DNA from: Patescibacteria group bacterium | GTDB lineage: Bacteria > Patescibacteriota > Microgenomatia > UBA10105 > UBA927 | NCBI GenBank assembly: GCA_038064215.1 | Contig: JBBTTP010000066.1 | Span: 13,170 to 44,514 of the forward strand | DNA: 31,345 nt | Direction: 5' to 3' | Shown: positions 1 to 8,503 of the stretch, piece by piece | How the letters are laid out: each line of letters starts with the position of its first letter | Numbering within the stretch: the first letter of the stretch is position 1 | Position numbers and translations under genes: made by a program | The notes under the pieces: generated by a model | What the model was told of the DNA's origin: nothing | Seen by the model: only the letters and a program-made list of their open reading frames with translations | The model's database searches: none

Positions 1-1737
1 TTAACGAAGCAAAAAATTGCGGGACTGTTTAGCGCGGCCGCGCTTGCCGGCAACTACCTCTTTTTTCTCTACAGCATCACGCCGGAAGTATTTGCATTGT
101 TTGATTTGTTTGTCGTGTTGCTTATGTACCTTTTGATCCGTTGGTCGGAAACAAAAGAAAACAGATATCTTTATGTTGCAAGTTTTGTTTTCGGCCTTTC
201 CCTCAGTCATCACCACGTCATACTGTTCCTTGTTCCCGCGCTTCTATTTTTTATCTGCAAGGTTGGACCTTTAAAGGTTAGCCTCAAGAAGGAAATTTAC
301 AAGGTTGGACCTTTAAAGCTGCTGATGTATTTGTTTCTCGGATTAGTTCCCTATTTGTATCTGCCGATTGCTGGAAATGGAACGTCAATTATCAACTGGA
401 ACCGGCCGGTGGATATTTCTTCATTTATACGATTGGTTACACGCGCGGACTACGGTACGTTTGTATCCGGCGGGTACTACGGCAATCTCCTTTCCCAGCG
501 GATTACGCAGGTGAAAGCGTACGGGCAGTTTATGGTTTTAGACTGGACTTTTGCGGGCATCGCTCTTGCCCTCATCGGATTCGTGTGGTTGTGGAAGAAG
601 CGGCGCCCTGTCTTTTGGCTGTTTTTTCTTGCATTGGTGTTTTTGGGGCCGGGATTTTTCTTTTATGCGAGTTTCCCCTTGGTCAACCGATTCACGCTGG
701 GAACCTATGAACGGTTTCTTCTTCCCTCGTATATCCTTTTTTCTATTCTCATGGGTTTGGGTATTGATGGGGTGATTCGTTGGATTGTCCGGAAGCGATT
801 TGCAAGAGGTCCTCTTGCAAAAGTTGCCCTGACGGGCTTTGTGGGTCTTTTGTTTCTATTGCCGATGAGTCGAGGGTATTCTACCATTTGGCGATTTTGG
901 GGCATAGCAACGGATACCACAGCGGACACATTGGGGCAGGATATTCTTTCCAGTGTGGACGCCAACAGTATTTTTCTTCTTTCCCGCGATACGCCGCTGT
1001 TTACGACACAGTACATGCGGTATGCGCGGGGCGTACGACCAGACGTGATCGCCATTCATGCATCGCGATTGGCAACGAGCGATTATCCCAACGTGTTGGC
1101 TCGCGTATTTCCCCGGTTGGTTTTGCCGCAAACAACAGGTGAAGCATTTACGGCTGGATTTATCAGCGCCAACCGCACCCGGTTCCCGATTTTTTCCGTG
1201 GTTCCCCTATCCGTCGACCCCGGATTGGCGTGGATGCAGGAAGGGCTGGTCTATCGGTTGGTCGAGGAATCGAAGGCTACGCCCGCGGACACAGCTCTGG
1301 CAGTCAACGACCGGTTATGGCAGGCATACCATGATCCCAGAAACGGCATCCTTTCCCGATACCGCCACCTCATGCTGGCGGATGTGTTGGATGTCTATGC
1401 CGGTGCGAGCGTTGAGTTTGGCAAAACGCTGCTCCGGATCGGCAAACTGACGGATGCGAAGCGGTATTTTCGCCGCGCTATAGATCTGGACGGCGATACG
1501 CAATTGTCCGATGCTCATGTGTATGCAGGGCTCACGGATCTTTTTTTAAAAGACTGTGCGTCTGCATTGGCACATTTTTCGGCTGCAAAAACCGTGGATT
1601 TGGCGAAAACGAATGCCAAACTGTTTTTATATGAAGCAGTTACAACCCGCGACTGCGCCGGCGATGCGGCAAAGGCAAAGACGTTGTTTGATCAATACGA
1701 GTCTTTGAAGAAGGAAGAGGAAACACCACTGCAATAA
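1..1737 (+). CDS. DUF2723/TMEM260-like polytopic membrane glycosyltransferase (GT-C fold) with C-terminal TPR-like region; 5'-partial
   Basis: Frame is open from base 1 (LTKQKIAGLFSAAALAGNYLFFLYSITPEVFALFDLF...), so the listed start at 97 is internal. DUF2723-like motifs include PEVFAL, GLSLSHH, YLYLP and NWNRP. Multiple TM segments are followed by a soluble domain ending in TPR-like helices (AKRYFRRAIDLD). Confidence 0.75.
   Translation, partial: LTKQKIAGLFSAAALAGNYLFFLYSITPEVFALFDLFVVLLMYLLIRWSETKENRYLYVASFVFGLSLSHHHVILFLVPALLFFICKVGPLKVSLKKEIYKVGPLKLLMYLFLGLVPYLYLPIAGNGTSIINWNRPVDISSFIRLVTRADYGTFVSGGYYGNLLSQRITQVKAYGQFMVLDWTFAGIALALIGFVWLWKKRRPVFWLFFLALVFLGPGFFFYASFPLVNRFTLGTYERFLLPSYILFSILMGLGIDGVIRWIVRKRFARGPLAKVALTGFVGLLFLLPMSRGYSTIWRFWGIATDTTADTLGQDILSSVDANSIFLLSRDTPLFTTQYMRYARGVRPDVIAIHASRLATSDYPNVLARVFPRLVLPQTTGEAFTAGFISANRTRFPIFSVVPLSVDPGLAWMQEGLVYRLVEESKATPADTALAVNDRLWQAYHDPRNGILSRYRHLMLADVLDVYAGASVEFGKTLLRIGKLTDAKRYFRRAIDLDGDTQLSDAHVYAGLTDLFLKDCASALAHFSAAKTVDLAKTNAKLFLYEAVTTRDCAGDAAKAKTLFDQYESLKKEEETPLQ
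258..318. repeat. Two direct copies of 19-bp CAAGGTTGGACCTTTAAAG (258-276, 300-318), each with the palindromic core AAGGT-TGG-ACCTT; degenerate copy AAGGTTAGCCT at 274-284
   Basis: Read directly from sequence. The 42-bp period keeps the frame (KVGPLK...KVGPLK). Confidence 0.85.
799..821. repeat. 23-bp palindrome TTTGCAAGAG-GTC-CTCTTGCAAA, copy 1
   Basis: Perfect 10-bp inverted arms; identical copy at 23283-23305. Confidence 0.9.
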
Positions 1738-3844
1738 ACAAAAAAACGATCGAGAGTAAACTTACTACTGTTCCCTCAGCGAGACTTTTTGGCGCATAAA
1801 AAAATCGTACCTCATGATTTCCCGGAGGAACGACAACGCCTCTCTGTTTGATATTGGTTGGCAGTATGGGAACGCGTTTTCCGTCCAGCGACGCCAGCCA
1901 GCCGGGATAGTAGGTATCGGTGAGGACGAGCACTGCATCGCTGTCATTATTTTCAACGACAACGGTGAGGGATGTTTCGGTTTGTTGTGTCAATCGGACC
2001 CGTCCGGTTGCTGTTTCTTTTGGATGAAATGAATTAGCTAATGGTTTTTCCACTACGATACTTTTGCCCGGGATAAAATCATCCCGGCTTATGGCGGCAA
2101 ATGCTTCTTCTTTGGTGGTAGCGAGGATTGTGTGTGTTGCCAGGTATGCTCGCGGGAGTGCTGTGGGGTTGTTCCATACGGTGATGTTGTCCTGCATGAT
2201 GTTGTTAGTCAGGCGTGAAGTACCAGTTTGAGAAAGCGGAATGACCGTGATGATAGTATTGACGCCGGACAGGTCAAGAAATTTTTTACCAAGGCCAGAC
2301 AGCGTTGCTTCATTATTATCATTCATTAATCCGGCTGCAAGCATGTCATCAAAGAGGCTGGGTCTTCGTAAAAATCTGCCGGCATAGACTGCAGAAGAGG
2401 CGATTTTCCAAATGGCATTACTGTTTGGCGCGAGGGATTCGCGAAGTACGCGATACGGCTCCACGGTTTGCCAGCCCGACGTTAAAAATGATCGGTTGTG
2501 GACAGCTTCTGCCCCAACGGTGAGCACGTTTGCTTCTTTTGGCAGTGATGAGAGAATTTTCGGCGGATGAAGCCATGCGCTGGCAGGTTCCAAAGCGTGG
2601 TAAGAATACCACGTAGTAAAAAGAATTATGGTATTGACTGTCGCAAGAATCACGATCGTGAGCCGAAGAATTTTTTGCATGCGTTTTTGTTGCCAGAGTG
2701 TATCTATGCCGCGGGTTGCCAGGATGATGATGGACATAATAAATATCCAGATAAAGCGTGATGGAACGCGAAACAGGTGAAACGGCCAGAAGGAATAGAT
2801 GAGATACAGCGGTGAATATTTTCCAAGTATAAGAAGGAAAGAAATGATCGTTGCGAGAAAGAAGAAGAGGTGCAGATTCACTCTCACCCGACGGGTGAGA
2901 TGCACAAAGAAAAATACGATTGGTATATAGCCGATGCCGCCGACGTTTTCCCAGAATATGCTGCCGTCAAAATTAAAAAAGGACGGGTAGGTGCCGAATT
3001 TCGGATTGCCCAGGGCAAACGGGTTTGCAAGCGTGAGGAGGTGTTTTAAGGGATAGGAAAAATAACTTGCTGTATCGGGTGTGATGCCACGGGCGACGGT
3101 GGTCTGGGTGAGAAATTCCCAGGAAGGAAGGATTTGAATTGCGGACAGGCCGAGTGCCGCAATGAAAGAGACAAAAAATCTGATACTGTCTGTCGCTTTA
3201 GTTGAGCTTCCGATGAGAAGCCATGCTCCGTACCCTGCGGCAAAAAGAAGCGTGATAAATGCTGCCTGCGGGAAACCGGTGAGGAGTTGTTGGGAAAAAA
3301 TAAAGGACCAAAGTACCATCGCATACCGTGATTTTTTCTGAAAAAGAAGCAGGGTGCAGGCCATGACCCACGGCAGGAGACTTACCCCCTGCAGAAGCGC
3401 GCCGTGCGGGAGCTGTGCGAGTATCATGCCGGAAAAAGCAAGCGTGATACTCCCAAAAAGAGCAGGAAAAATTTGAAACTTCATCAGGCGAAGCCACACA
3501 TACATCCCCCATCCTAACGTCAGGATAGCAAAAACGATGGAGACGTTGTACGTGGTGACGGGATCAAACAGACGAAACAGGATAAGATTCGGTAAAAAAA
3601 ATGTGCCGGTCTGCCCCTCTGCCAAAAGCGGAAACCCTGCCCCCAACTCCGGTATCCAGAGAGGAAGCATGCCGCTCTGTAGACTTTTTCCTAAGAGATA
3701 TTTCGTGACAAAGGTAAAGTGCCAGGCGTCGCTTCTGCCGAAATCCGGGGTCACCAAAAGAAGCGGCTCCGGCCAAAATAGCCGGAAAAAAAATGCGATT
3801 ACGAGTATAGTAAGCGTGCAACAAGCAATCGCATCGCGTTTCAT
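1640..3844 (-). CDS. YfhO-family membrane protein (putative GT-C glycosyltransferase)
   Basis: 734 aa with many TM helices. N-terminal LPLWxPxxxxGxPLLAExQxGxFxxPN motif, FRVPSRF, and the typical YfhO C-terminal domain (LVLTDTYYPGW...VPPGNHEVRFFYAP) ending in a TM helix. Confidence 0.8.
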   Translation of the reverse strand: MKRDAIACCTLTILVIAFFFRLFWPEPLLLVTPDFGRSDAWHFTFVTKYLLGKSLQSGMLPLWIPELGAGFPLLAEGQTGTFFLPNLILFRLFDPVTTYNVSIVFAILTLGWGMYVWLRLMKFQIFPALFGSITLAFSGMILAQLPHGALLQGVSLLPWVMACTLLLFQKKSRYAMVLWSFIFSQQLLTGFPQAAFITLLFAAGYGAWLLIGSSTKATDSIRFFVSFIAALGLSAIQILPSWEFLTQTTVARGITPDTASYFSYPLKHLLTLANPFALGNPKFGTYPSFFNFDGSIFWENVGGIGYIPIVFFFVHLTRRVRVNLHLFFFLATIISFLLILGKYSPLYLIYSFWPFHLFRVPSRFIWIFIMSIIILATRGIDTLWQQKRMQKILRLTIVILATVNTIILFTTWYSYHALEPASAWLHPPKILSSLPKEANVLTVGAEAVHNRSFLTSGWQTVEPYRVLRESLAPNSNAIWKIASSAVYAGRFLRRPSLFDDMLAAGLMNDNNEATLSGLGKKFLDLSGVNTIITVIPLSQTGTSRLTNNIMQDNITVWNNPTALPRAYLATHTILATTKEEAFAAISRDDFIPGKSIVVEKPLANSFHPKETATGRVRLTQQTETSLTVVVENNDSDAVLVLTDTYYPGWLASLDGKRVPILPTNIKQRGVVVPPGNHEVRFFYAPKSLAEGTVVSLLSIVFLFIAVVFPLPSSKTRIDQTTSLPLPHRRRSRGL

Positions 3845-3883
3845 GGCAGTAGTGTATCACGGTTTTCGTGATATGATAACCGT
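3845..3883. promoter_or_regulatory. Divergent promoter pair with extended -10 boxes: TG-A-TACACT (minus, 3851-3856) and TG-A-TATGAT (plus, 3872-3877), each 6 nt before an ATG
   Basis: Motifs read from the 39-bp gap between yfhO-like (ATG 3844) and pilD (ATG 3884). Confidence 0.6.
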
Positions 3884-4621
3884 ATGTGGTTGGCTGGAAT
3901 ATTGGGTTTGGCAGTCGGGTCATTTCTGAACGTTCTTATCGACCGCCTCCCCAAAGGACAGTCGGTTGTTTGGGGGAGGTCGCGGTGCGATTTTTGCAAA
4001 AAGACACTTCGATGGTATGAGCTCATTCCCATTGTATCATTTGTCATGCAAAAAGGCCGGTGCCGACGGTGCCGCAAAAAGATTAGCTGGCAGTATCCGA
4101 TTGTTGAGGTCGTGACAGCCGTTGGGTTTGTCTTACTTCTCCAAGGCCAGGCCTTTGATGCCCATCAAGGCCTGGCCTTGGGGGGAGCATGGCTTATTTT
4201 CAGCTCGCTTCTTGTTATGTTTGTCGCTGATTTAAAGTATCAGATTATTCCGGACAGTATGATTATTGTCGGGATTATCGGGGTGCTGGGGGTAATAGGT
4301 ATACTATGGGAGAATATTCTGACGGGAGCTGGTGCAGCAGCGTTTTTTCTTCTTTTGTATTTTATTACCCGCGGCCGAGGGATGGGATTGGGCGATGTAA
4401 AACTTGCATTCCTGTTAGGACTTTTATTGGGATATCCGGGTATCATCGTAGGGCTGTATGCTGCGTTCTTGACGGGTGCCGGGGTGGGTGTCATACTGAT
4501 GATAGCGAAGAGAAAAACGTGGAAAAGTCGCGTGGCATTCGGTCCGTTTCTTATTCTGGGAGCCGTCATAACGCTTGTATGGAAAACACAAATTCTGGCG
4601 TGGTGGGGAAATTTTCTCTAG
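3884..4621 (+). CDS. pilD: Prepilin peptidase (A24 family)
   Basis: GSFLNVLIDRLP; two CxxC pairs (CDFC, CRRC); WYELIP; catalytic aspartates in ADLKYQIIPD and GMGLGDVKL; C-terminal AFGPF. Confidence 0.95.
   Translation: MWLAGILGLAVGSFLNVLIDRLPKGQSVVWGRSRCDFCKKTLRWYELIPIVSFVMQKGRCRRCRKKISWQYPIVEVVTAVGFVLLLQGQAFDAHQGLALGGAWLIFSSLLVMFVADLKYQIIPDSMIIVGIIGVLGVIGILWENILTGAGAAAFFLLLYFITRGRGMGLGDVKLAFLLGLLLGYPGIIVGLYAAFLTGAGVGVILMIAKRKTWKSRVAFGPFLILGAVITLVWKTQILAWWGNFL
4141..4181. repeat. Inverted doublet CCAAGGCCAGGCCTT ... AAGGCCTGGCCTTGG inside pilD
   Basis: Perfect 15-bp inverted repeats (4141-4155, 4167-4181) with an 11-nt spacer. Each arm is itself palindromic (AAGGCC-N-GGCCTT). Encodes QGQAFDAHQGLAL. 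Confidence 0.85.
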
Positions 4622-5022
4622 GGTTTAGTCTCATGGAGCTTTTGGTGGCGGTATCCATCATTGCCATTTTGGTATCGGTGGCGGTGACGGCATACTCCAC
4701 GGGCCAGAAAAAAGCACGGGACAACCGGAGAAAAGGTGATGTAAAAGAGGTACAAAGCGGATTTGAGCAGTATTATGCGGATAATAAAGGATCGTATCCG
4801 GCTACGTGCAGTTTGGCAGTTACCTATTTACCCAACGGCATGCCGTTGGATCCGAAAACCGGTACGGCGTATACGGCTGTGACCGGCTGGAGCAGCTGCA
4901 GTACGTCAAGTTTTTGCATGTGTGCGGGTCTTGAAGGAGAAACGAACGCCGTGACGGATTGCAGCGGGGCCGCCGCACCGAGTGGGTATACGGGGATGTA
5001 CTGCGTGAAGAATGCACAATAG
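4579..5022 (+). CDS. Type IV pilin / GspG-like pilin
   Basis: Class III signal G|FSLMELLVAVSIIAIL with E+5, plus ARDNRRKGDV and Cys-rich C-terminus. Start is ATG 4579 or GTG 4600; the ORF-track extension to 4306 is shadow of pilD. Confidence 0.85.
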   Translation: MENTNSGVVGKFSLGFSLMELLVAVSIIAILVSVAVTAYSTGQKKARDNRRKGDVKEVQSGFEQYYADNKGSYPATCSLAVTYLPNGMPLDPKTGTAYTAVTGWSSCSTSSFCMCAGLEGETNAVTDCSGAAAPSGYTGMYCVKNAQ

Positions 5023-5027
5023 GGACT

Positions 5028-5483
5028 ATGAAAATTTTCAATGATAGGAAGGGGTTTACTTTGATGGAAATATTGGTGGCGATATCTATCATTGCTATAT
5101 TGACTGCCATTGGTATTGTGTCCTACGGATCGGTCAACCGCAGATCCCGCGATACGAAACGGAAAAGCGATGTTGAGCAGATCCGGTCGGCACTCGAAAT
5201 GTACCGCACCGACACCGGGTATTATCCCAATGCGGGTGCCGGCAGTTGGACGAACGCGTCCGGCTTGAGTACGGCTTTAGTTTCAACGTATATGCCTGCA
5301 GTTCCTTCGGACCCGAAAAATCCGGATTATGTCTATCGGTTTAAAGCGACGAACGCTTCGGCAGGCAGTTACTACGGTTATTGCGTGAGCGCGTATCTGG
5401 AATCGGAAACGCCGGCAAGCAATTCCTGTACACCGGATGCTTCGCAAACTCCCGCTCATAATTATGGAGTGAAAAGTCCATGA
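5028..5483 (+). CDS. Type IV pilin / GspG-like pilin
   Basis: RKG|FTLMEILVAISIIAIL; SRDTKRKSDVEQIRSALEMYRTDTGYYP; PSDPKN. Start at ATG 5028. Confidence 0.9.
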   Translation: MKIFNDRKGFTLMEILVAISIIAILTAIGIVSYGSVNRRSRDTKRKSDVEQIRSALEMYRTDTGYYPNAGAGSWTNASGLSTALVSTYMPAVPSDPKNPDYVYRFKATNASAGSYYGYCVSAYLESETPASNSCTPDASQTPAHNYGVKSP

Positions 5484-5944
5484 AGAAAGGGTTTACTCTT
5501 ATCGAGCTTATCGTCACCATCGGCGTTTCGCTTTTGGCAGTAGGCGGGCTGATCGTCAATTACAACAATTATAATGATAATCAAAAGCTTAAGCAGGCGG
5601 CAATCACGCTCAAAAATAATCTCCGGTTTGCCCAAACTCAGGCGGTGTCTGCCAAAAAACCTGCCAGCGGGTGCACCCAGCTTGTGGGGTATACCGTGAG
5701 CTTTACTTCGGGTTCGTATTCGATCGGCGCCGCGTGCACCGAAGGGGCTGTCGGCGATGTATTGTCGGTTACCCTTCCCAGCGGCATTACATTTTTTCCT
5801 GTCCCTTCCTCATTTGTTTTTGATGTGTTGAACCGCGGGTTAGCCGGCAGTGATGCCGTGACGATTACAATGGTAGGTATCGCAAAATCGTATAGGATAC
5901 AGATTTCTTCAGGAGGAGATATCAATGATCTGGGATTTCTCTAA
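5480..5944 (+). CDS. Minor pilin, FimT/GspH-like
   Basis: KKG|FTLIELIVTIGV; LKQAAITLKNNLRFAQTQA is FimT-like; 4-bp overlap with the upstream pilin. Confidence 0.8.
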   Translation: MKKGFTLIELIVTIGVSLLAVGGLIVNYNNYNDNQKLKQAAITLKNNLRFAQTQAVSAKKPASGCTQLVGYTVSFTSGSYSIGAACTEGAVGDVLSVTLPSGITFFPVPSSFVFDVLNRGLAGSDAVTITMVGIAKSYRIQISSGGDINDLGFL

Positions 5945-6353
5945 ATCCGGTCAGTCGCTTGTCGAGGCAGTGGTCGTCATCGGCGTTGTTATTTTATTGG
6001 TTACCGGTATCGTGGCGGGTACGACGGCGTCACTAAGGAACATTGACCAGGGTAAAACGAGAAGCCTGGCGCTGAAGTACAGCCAGGAAGGTATGGAATA
6101 CGGCCGGAATCTCCGAAACACCGGCTGGGAAACGTTTCAGGGGAAAAGCGGCGTATGGTGCTTGGATAAAATCAGTGTATTGACTGCTGCCGTCAGCGGC
6201 GTGTGCCCCGTGAATGTTGATAGCGTCTACACAAGAAGTTTGACGTTTACCTGGAGCGATCCTACGATGACCGTCGTTTCCCGGGCGACGTGGAACGACG
6301 GGAGCGGTGAACACAAAAGCGAACTGACGACCAATTTTACCAAATGGCGATGA
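5925..6353 (+). CDS. Minor pilin, PilV-like
   Basis: KSG|QSLVEAVVVIGVVILLVTG; ALKYSQEGMEYGR; position in the cluster. Confidence 0.75.
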   Translation: MIWDFSKSGQSLVEAVVVIGVVILLVTGIVAGTTASLRNIDQGKTRSLALKYSQEGMEYGRNLRNTGWETFQGKSGVWCLDKISVLTAAVSGVCPVNVDSVYTRSLTFTWSDPTMTVVSRATWNDGSGEHKSELTTNFTKWR

Positions 6354-6889
6354 AAAAACAAGGATTTACTCTGTTGGAAATCATGGTCTCGATCGGCATC
6401 GTGGCGATCATGGGCGTCCTCATCTCGCAGGTATTTTTTACCACGACGCGCAGCAATGCAAAAGCAGAAGTGTTGAAAAACGTCAAGCAGAACGGCGATT
6501 TTGCCGCGGAACTCATGGGCCGCATGATCAGAAATGCCAACGCCATTACGACGACCTGTGCAGATACCGGTTCAACGACGACCAGTATTACGCTGACCAA
6601 TCCGAACGGGGGCTCTACTGCCTTTGGGTGCCTTCTGGACGGTACGGTGATGCGTATAGCGTCCACGAGCGCCGGCCGCACGGATTACCTGACGGACAGC
6701 GGCCTTACCTTAGGCGGGGTGGACTGCAACGGGGCGAGTTTGAGCTTTGTCTGTACTGCCCCGGCCGGCCAGCCCACGACGGTGGCCATTACGTTTCGTT
6801 TGGCGCAGAAGGGCACGCCGCCGGATCAATTTGACCGCGCAAGCGCATCATTTCAGACCACGGCAGCAATCCGCAATGTAAGGCAATAA
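6350..6889 (+). CDS. Minor pilin, PilW/GspJ-like
   Basis: KQG|FTLLEIMVSIGIVAIM; NGDFAAELMGRMIRNA; Ser/Thr-rich. Start is 6344 or 6350. Confidence 0.8.
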   Translation: MKKQGFTLLEIMVSIGIVAIMGVLISQVFFTTTRSNAKAEVLKNVKQNGDFAAELMGRMIRNANAITTTCADTGSTTTSITLTNPNGGSTAFGCLLDGTVMRIASTSAGRTDYLTDSGLTLGGVDCNGASLSFVCTAPAGQPTTVAITFRLAQKGTPPDQFDRASASFQTTAAIRNVRQ

Positions 6890-6890
6890 T

Positions 6891-8069
6891 ATGAGCTCCC
6901 TGACCGTATTTTTTGGTTTTTTTCTTGTTTCTTTGTTTTTAGGCGACGGGAAGCAGCCGTTTGTCGACGTGTTTTGGGCCTTGGGCATTTTAGCGCTCTA
7001 TGCACTGCGGTATGCCCGGCTCGGGAGATTGAGTCTCCGTCCCCTTCCCCGCACCGTGTCGTGGGTATGGACTCTGCTCCTGGTTTATTTTGCGGGAAGA
7101 ACGCTTTTCTCAGATAGCGTGGCCTACTCGGTCACGGCGACGGTCCGGCTTATCGAGGGGTATCTTCTCTATGTATATTTTTACACAATTACTTCAGAGG
7201 ATACGATGAAAGTATTTGTGAAAGGATTGATCGCAACAGGGCTTATCGCAATTGGTGCCTCGTGGATATTGTTACTATTCCCAAAGCTTGCCGAATTTCT
7301 TCCATTCATGAATCTTTTGTATGCTAACTACGGGCATAATCATTTAGCGAATCTGTTGCTGCCGATATTTCCGTTGGTGCTGGCTACAATTCACGATTCC
7401 CGGAATCCGAACTCCTTTGATTCCGGGAATCTACGGAATTTAGGGTGGGTAGTTCTGTCTATTTATATCTTTGGCATGATCCTTACCTTTGCCCGCGGGG
7501 CGTGGGTCATACTCGTCCTCTATCTGTTGCTGCAATTTGTGCTCCGCCGTCATGCACTCGATAAGCGATTGATGGTTGGCATCGCGTGTCTGTTTCTTGT
7601 CCTGTTTGGTGCGTTGGCAATCATTTCCGTGAAGTTTGATTCTCTGCGTGAAGGAAAATCCTCCAATGCATTGATCCGTCAAATCATCAAGCGTCCCCTG
7701 ACTGAAGACAGTCGGTGGGGTTATTGGAAGCAGGCGGCGAAGGCCATCGCCGAGCGGCCTTTTTTCGGCAGCGGTCCGGGAACATTTTATCTTCAGTCAA
7801 AACGTCTGCAGGAAGCACCGCAAACCTACTCCTGGTTTAGCCATAGTTTCCCCTTGGAGACGATGGTTGAAGTGGGGTTGGTGGGTGCAGTACTTATGGC
7901 ATTTGTTTTGGTTAGGTCGCTACGCCGAAGTTATGGCTCTCCCCTGTTTGCTTCTGCTTGTCTCACCCTTGCGTACAGCTTTTTTGAGTTTAATGTGAGT
8001 TATTTGAGTATTTGGCTGCTTTTTTGGAGCATGATGGGGTTCGTGATGGGGTTCGTGAGAGAAGAATAG
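6891..8069 (+). CDS. O-antigen ligase (Wzy_C) family protein; candidate pilin O-oligosaccharyltransferase
   Basis: About 11 TM segments; GHNHLANLL, TFARGAW, RWGYWKQA...ERPFFGSGPGTF and the H-containing FSHSFPLE motif. Starts 1 bp after the last pilin gene. Confidence 0.8.
   Translation: MSSLTVFFGFFLVSLFLGDGKQPFVDVFWALGILALYALRYARLGRLSLRPLPRTVSWVWTLLLVYFAGRTLFSDSVAYSVTATVRLIEGYLLYVYFYTITSEDTMKVFVKGLIATGLIAIGASWILLLFPKLAEFLPFMNLLYANYGHNHLANLLLPIFPLVLATIHDSRNPNSFDSGNLRNLGWVVLSIYIFGMILTFARGAWVILVLYLLLQFVLRRHALDKRLMVGIACLFLVLFGALAIISVKFDSLREGKSSNALIRQIIKRPLTEDSRWGYWKQAAKAIAERPFFGSGPGTFYLQSKRLQEAPQTYSWFSHSFPLETMVEVGLVGAVLMAFVLVRSLRRSYGSPLFASACLTLAYSFFEFNVSYLSIWLLFWSMMGFVMGFVREE
7395..7431. repeat. 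Inverted doublet of 13-bp palindromes GATTCCCGGAATC / GATTCCGGGAATC
   Basis: 7395-7407 and 7419-7431 are exact reverse complements; they encode a hydrophilic loop (DSRNPNSFDSGNLRN). Confidence 0.7.
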
Positions 8070-8090
8070 GTGTGGTATACTTTCTGTACT

Positions 8091-8402
8091 ATGTATAATT
8101 GGTCTCACATAGATGAAGAAGCGATGAAAAAGGAGGATCCGGAAAAGTACCGCCTCTGGCGGCTCACTCAACTCATTAACTGCGGCCTGGATGGCGAAAA
8201 ACTTGACCGGGAGGAGGTCAAAGCCGCTTGGCCGGCGATTAAAGACGATATTGAACCGTATACCCGTCGGGCGATAGAATATCTTTTATGGGGTACCGTA
8301 TACTCACTCCCCCTAGATATCAAATTCTGGAACAGGCCTGCGAAGTATCGCTGTCCAGATTGCCACGCTGGTTTTGACTCTATGAAAGCGTTTTTAAGCT
8401 GA
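8091..8402 (+). CDS. Small protein resembling the antitoxin-like partner found upstream of AbiEii-type nucleotidyltransferases
   Basis: MYNWS...DPEKYRLWRLTQLINCGLDGEKL...RAIEYLLWG resembles, from recall, CPR proteins that precede AbiEii genes. TG-G-TATACT at 8076-8081 supports a start at 8091. Confidence 0.5.
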   Translation: MYNWSHIDEEAMKKEDPEKYRLWRLTQLINCGLDGEKLDREEVKAAWPAIKDDIEPYTRRAIEYLLWGTVYSLPLDIKFWNRPAKYRCPDCHAGFDSMKAFLS

Positions 8403-8503
8403 TTTCTTGTGTACTATTTATGCTGGTTCCCTTTGACCGCGCCAACATGGTCGATTTTTATCTGGCGGAAGCCAAAAAAATCGGTGAAAGGATATTCAAG
8501 TGA
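8378..8503 (+). pseudogene. Probable 3' remnant of an AbiEii-type nucleotidyltransferase toxin gene
   Basis: The frame reads ...MLVPFDRANMVDFYLAEAKKIGERIFK*, similar to my recall of AbiEii C-termini. Its TGA (8501-8503) overlaps the next ATG (8503). No N-terminal catalytic part is present. Confidence 0.4.

Noticed and set aside
8345-8402. C2H2 zinc-finger-like tail YRCPDCHAGFDSMKAFLS
   Set aside because: The spacing matches Y-x-C-x2-C-x3-F, but the stop falls where the first His should be and no His pair follows; most likely a chance product of the deletion junction.
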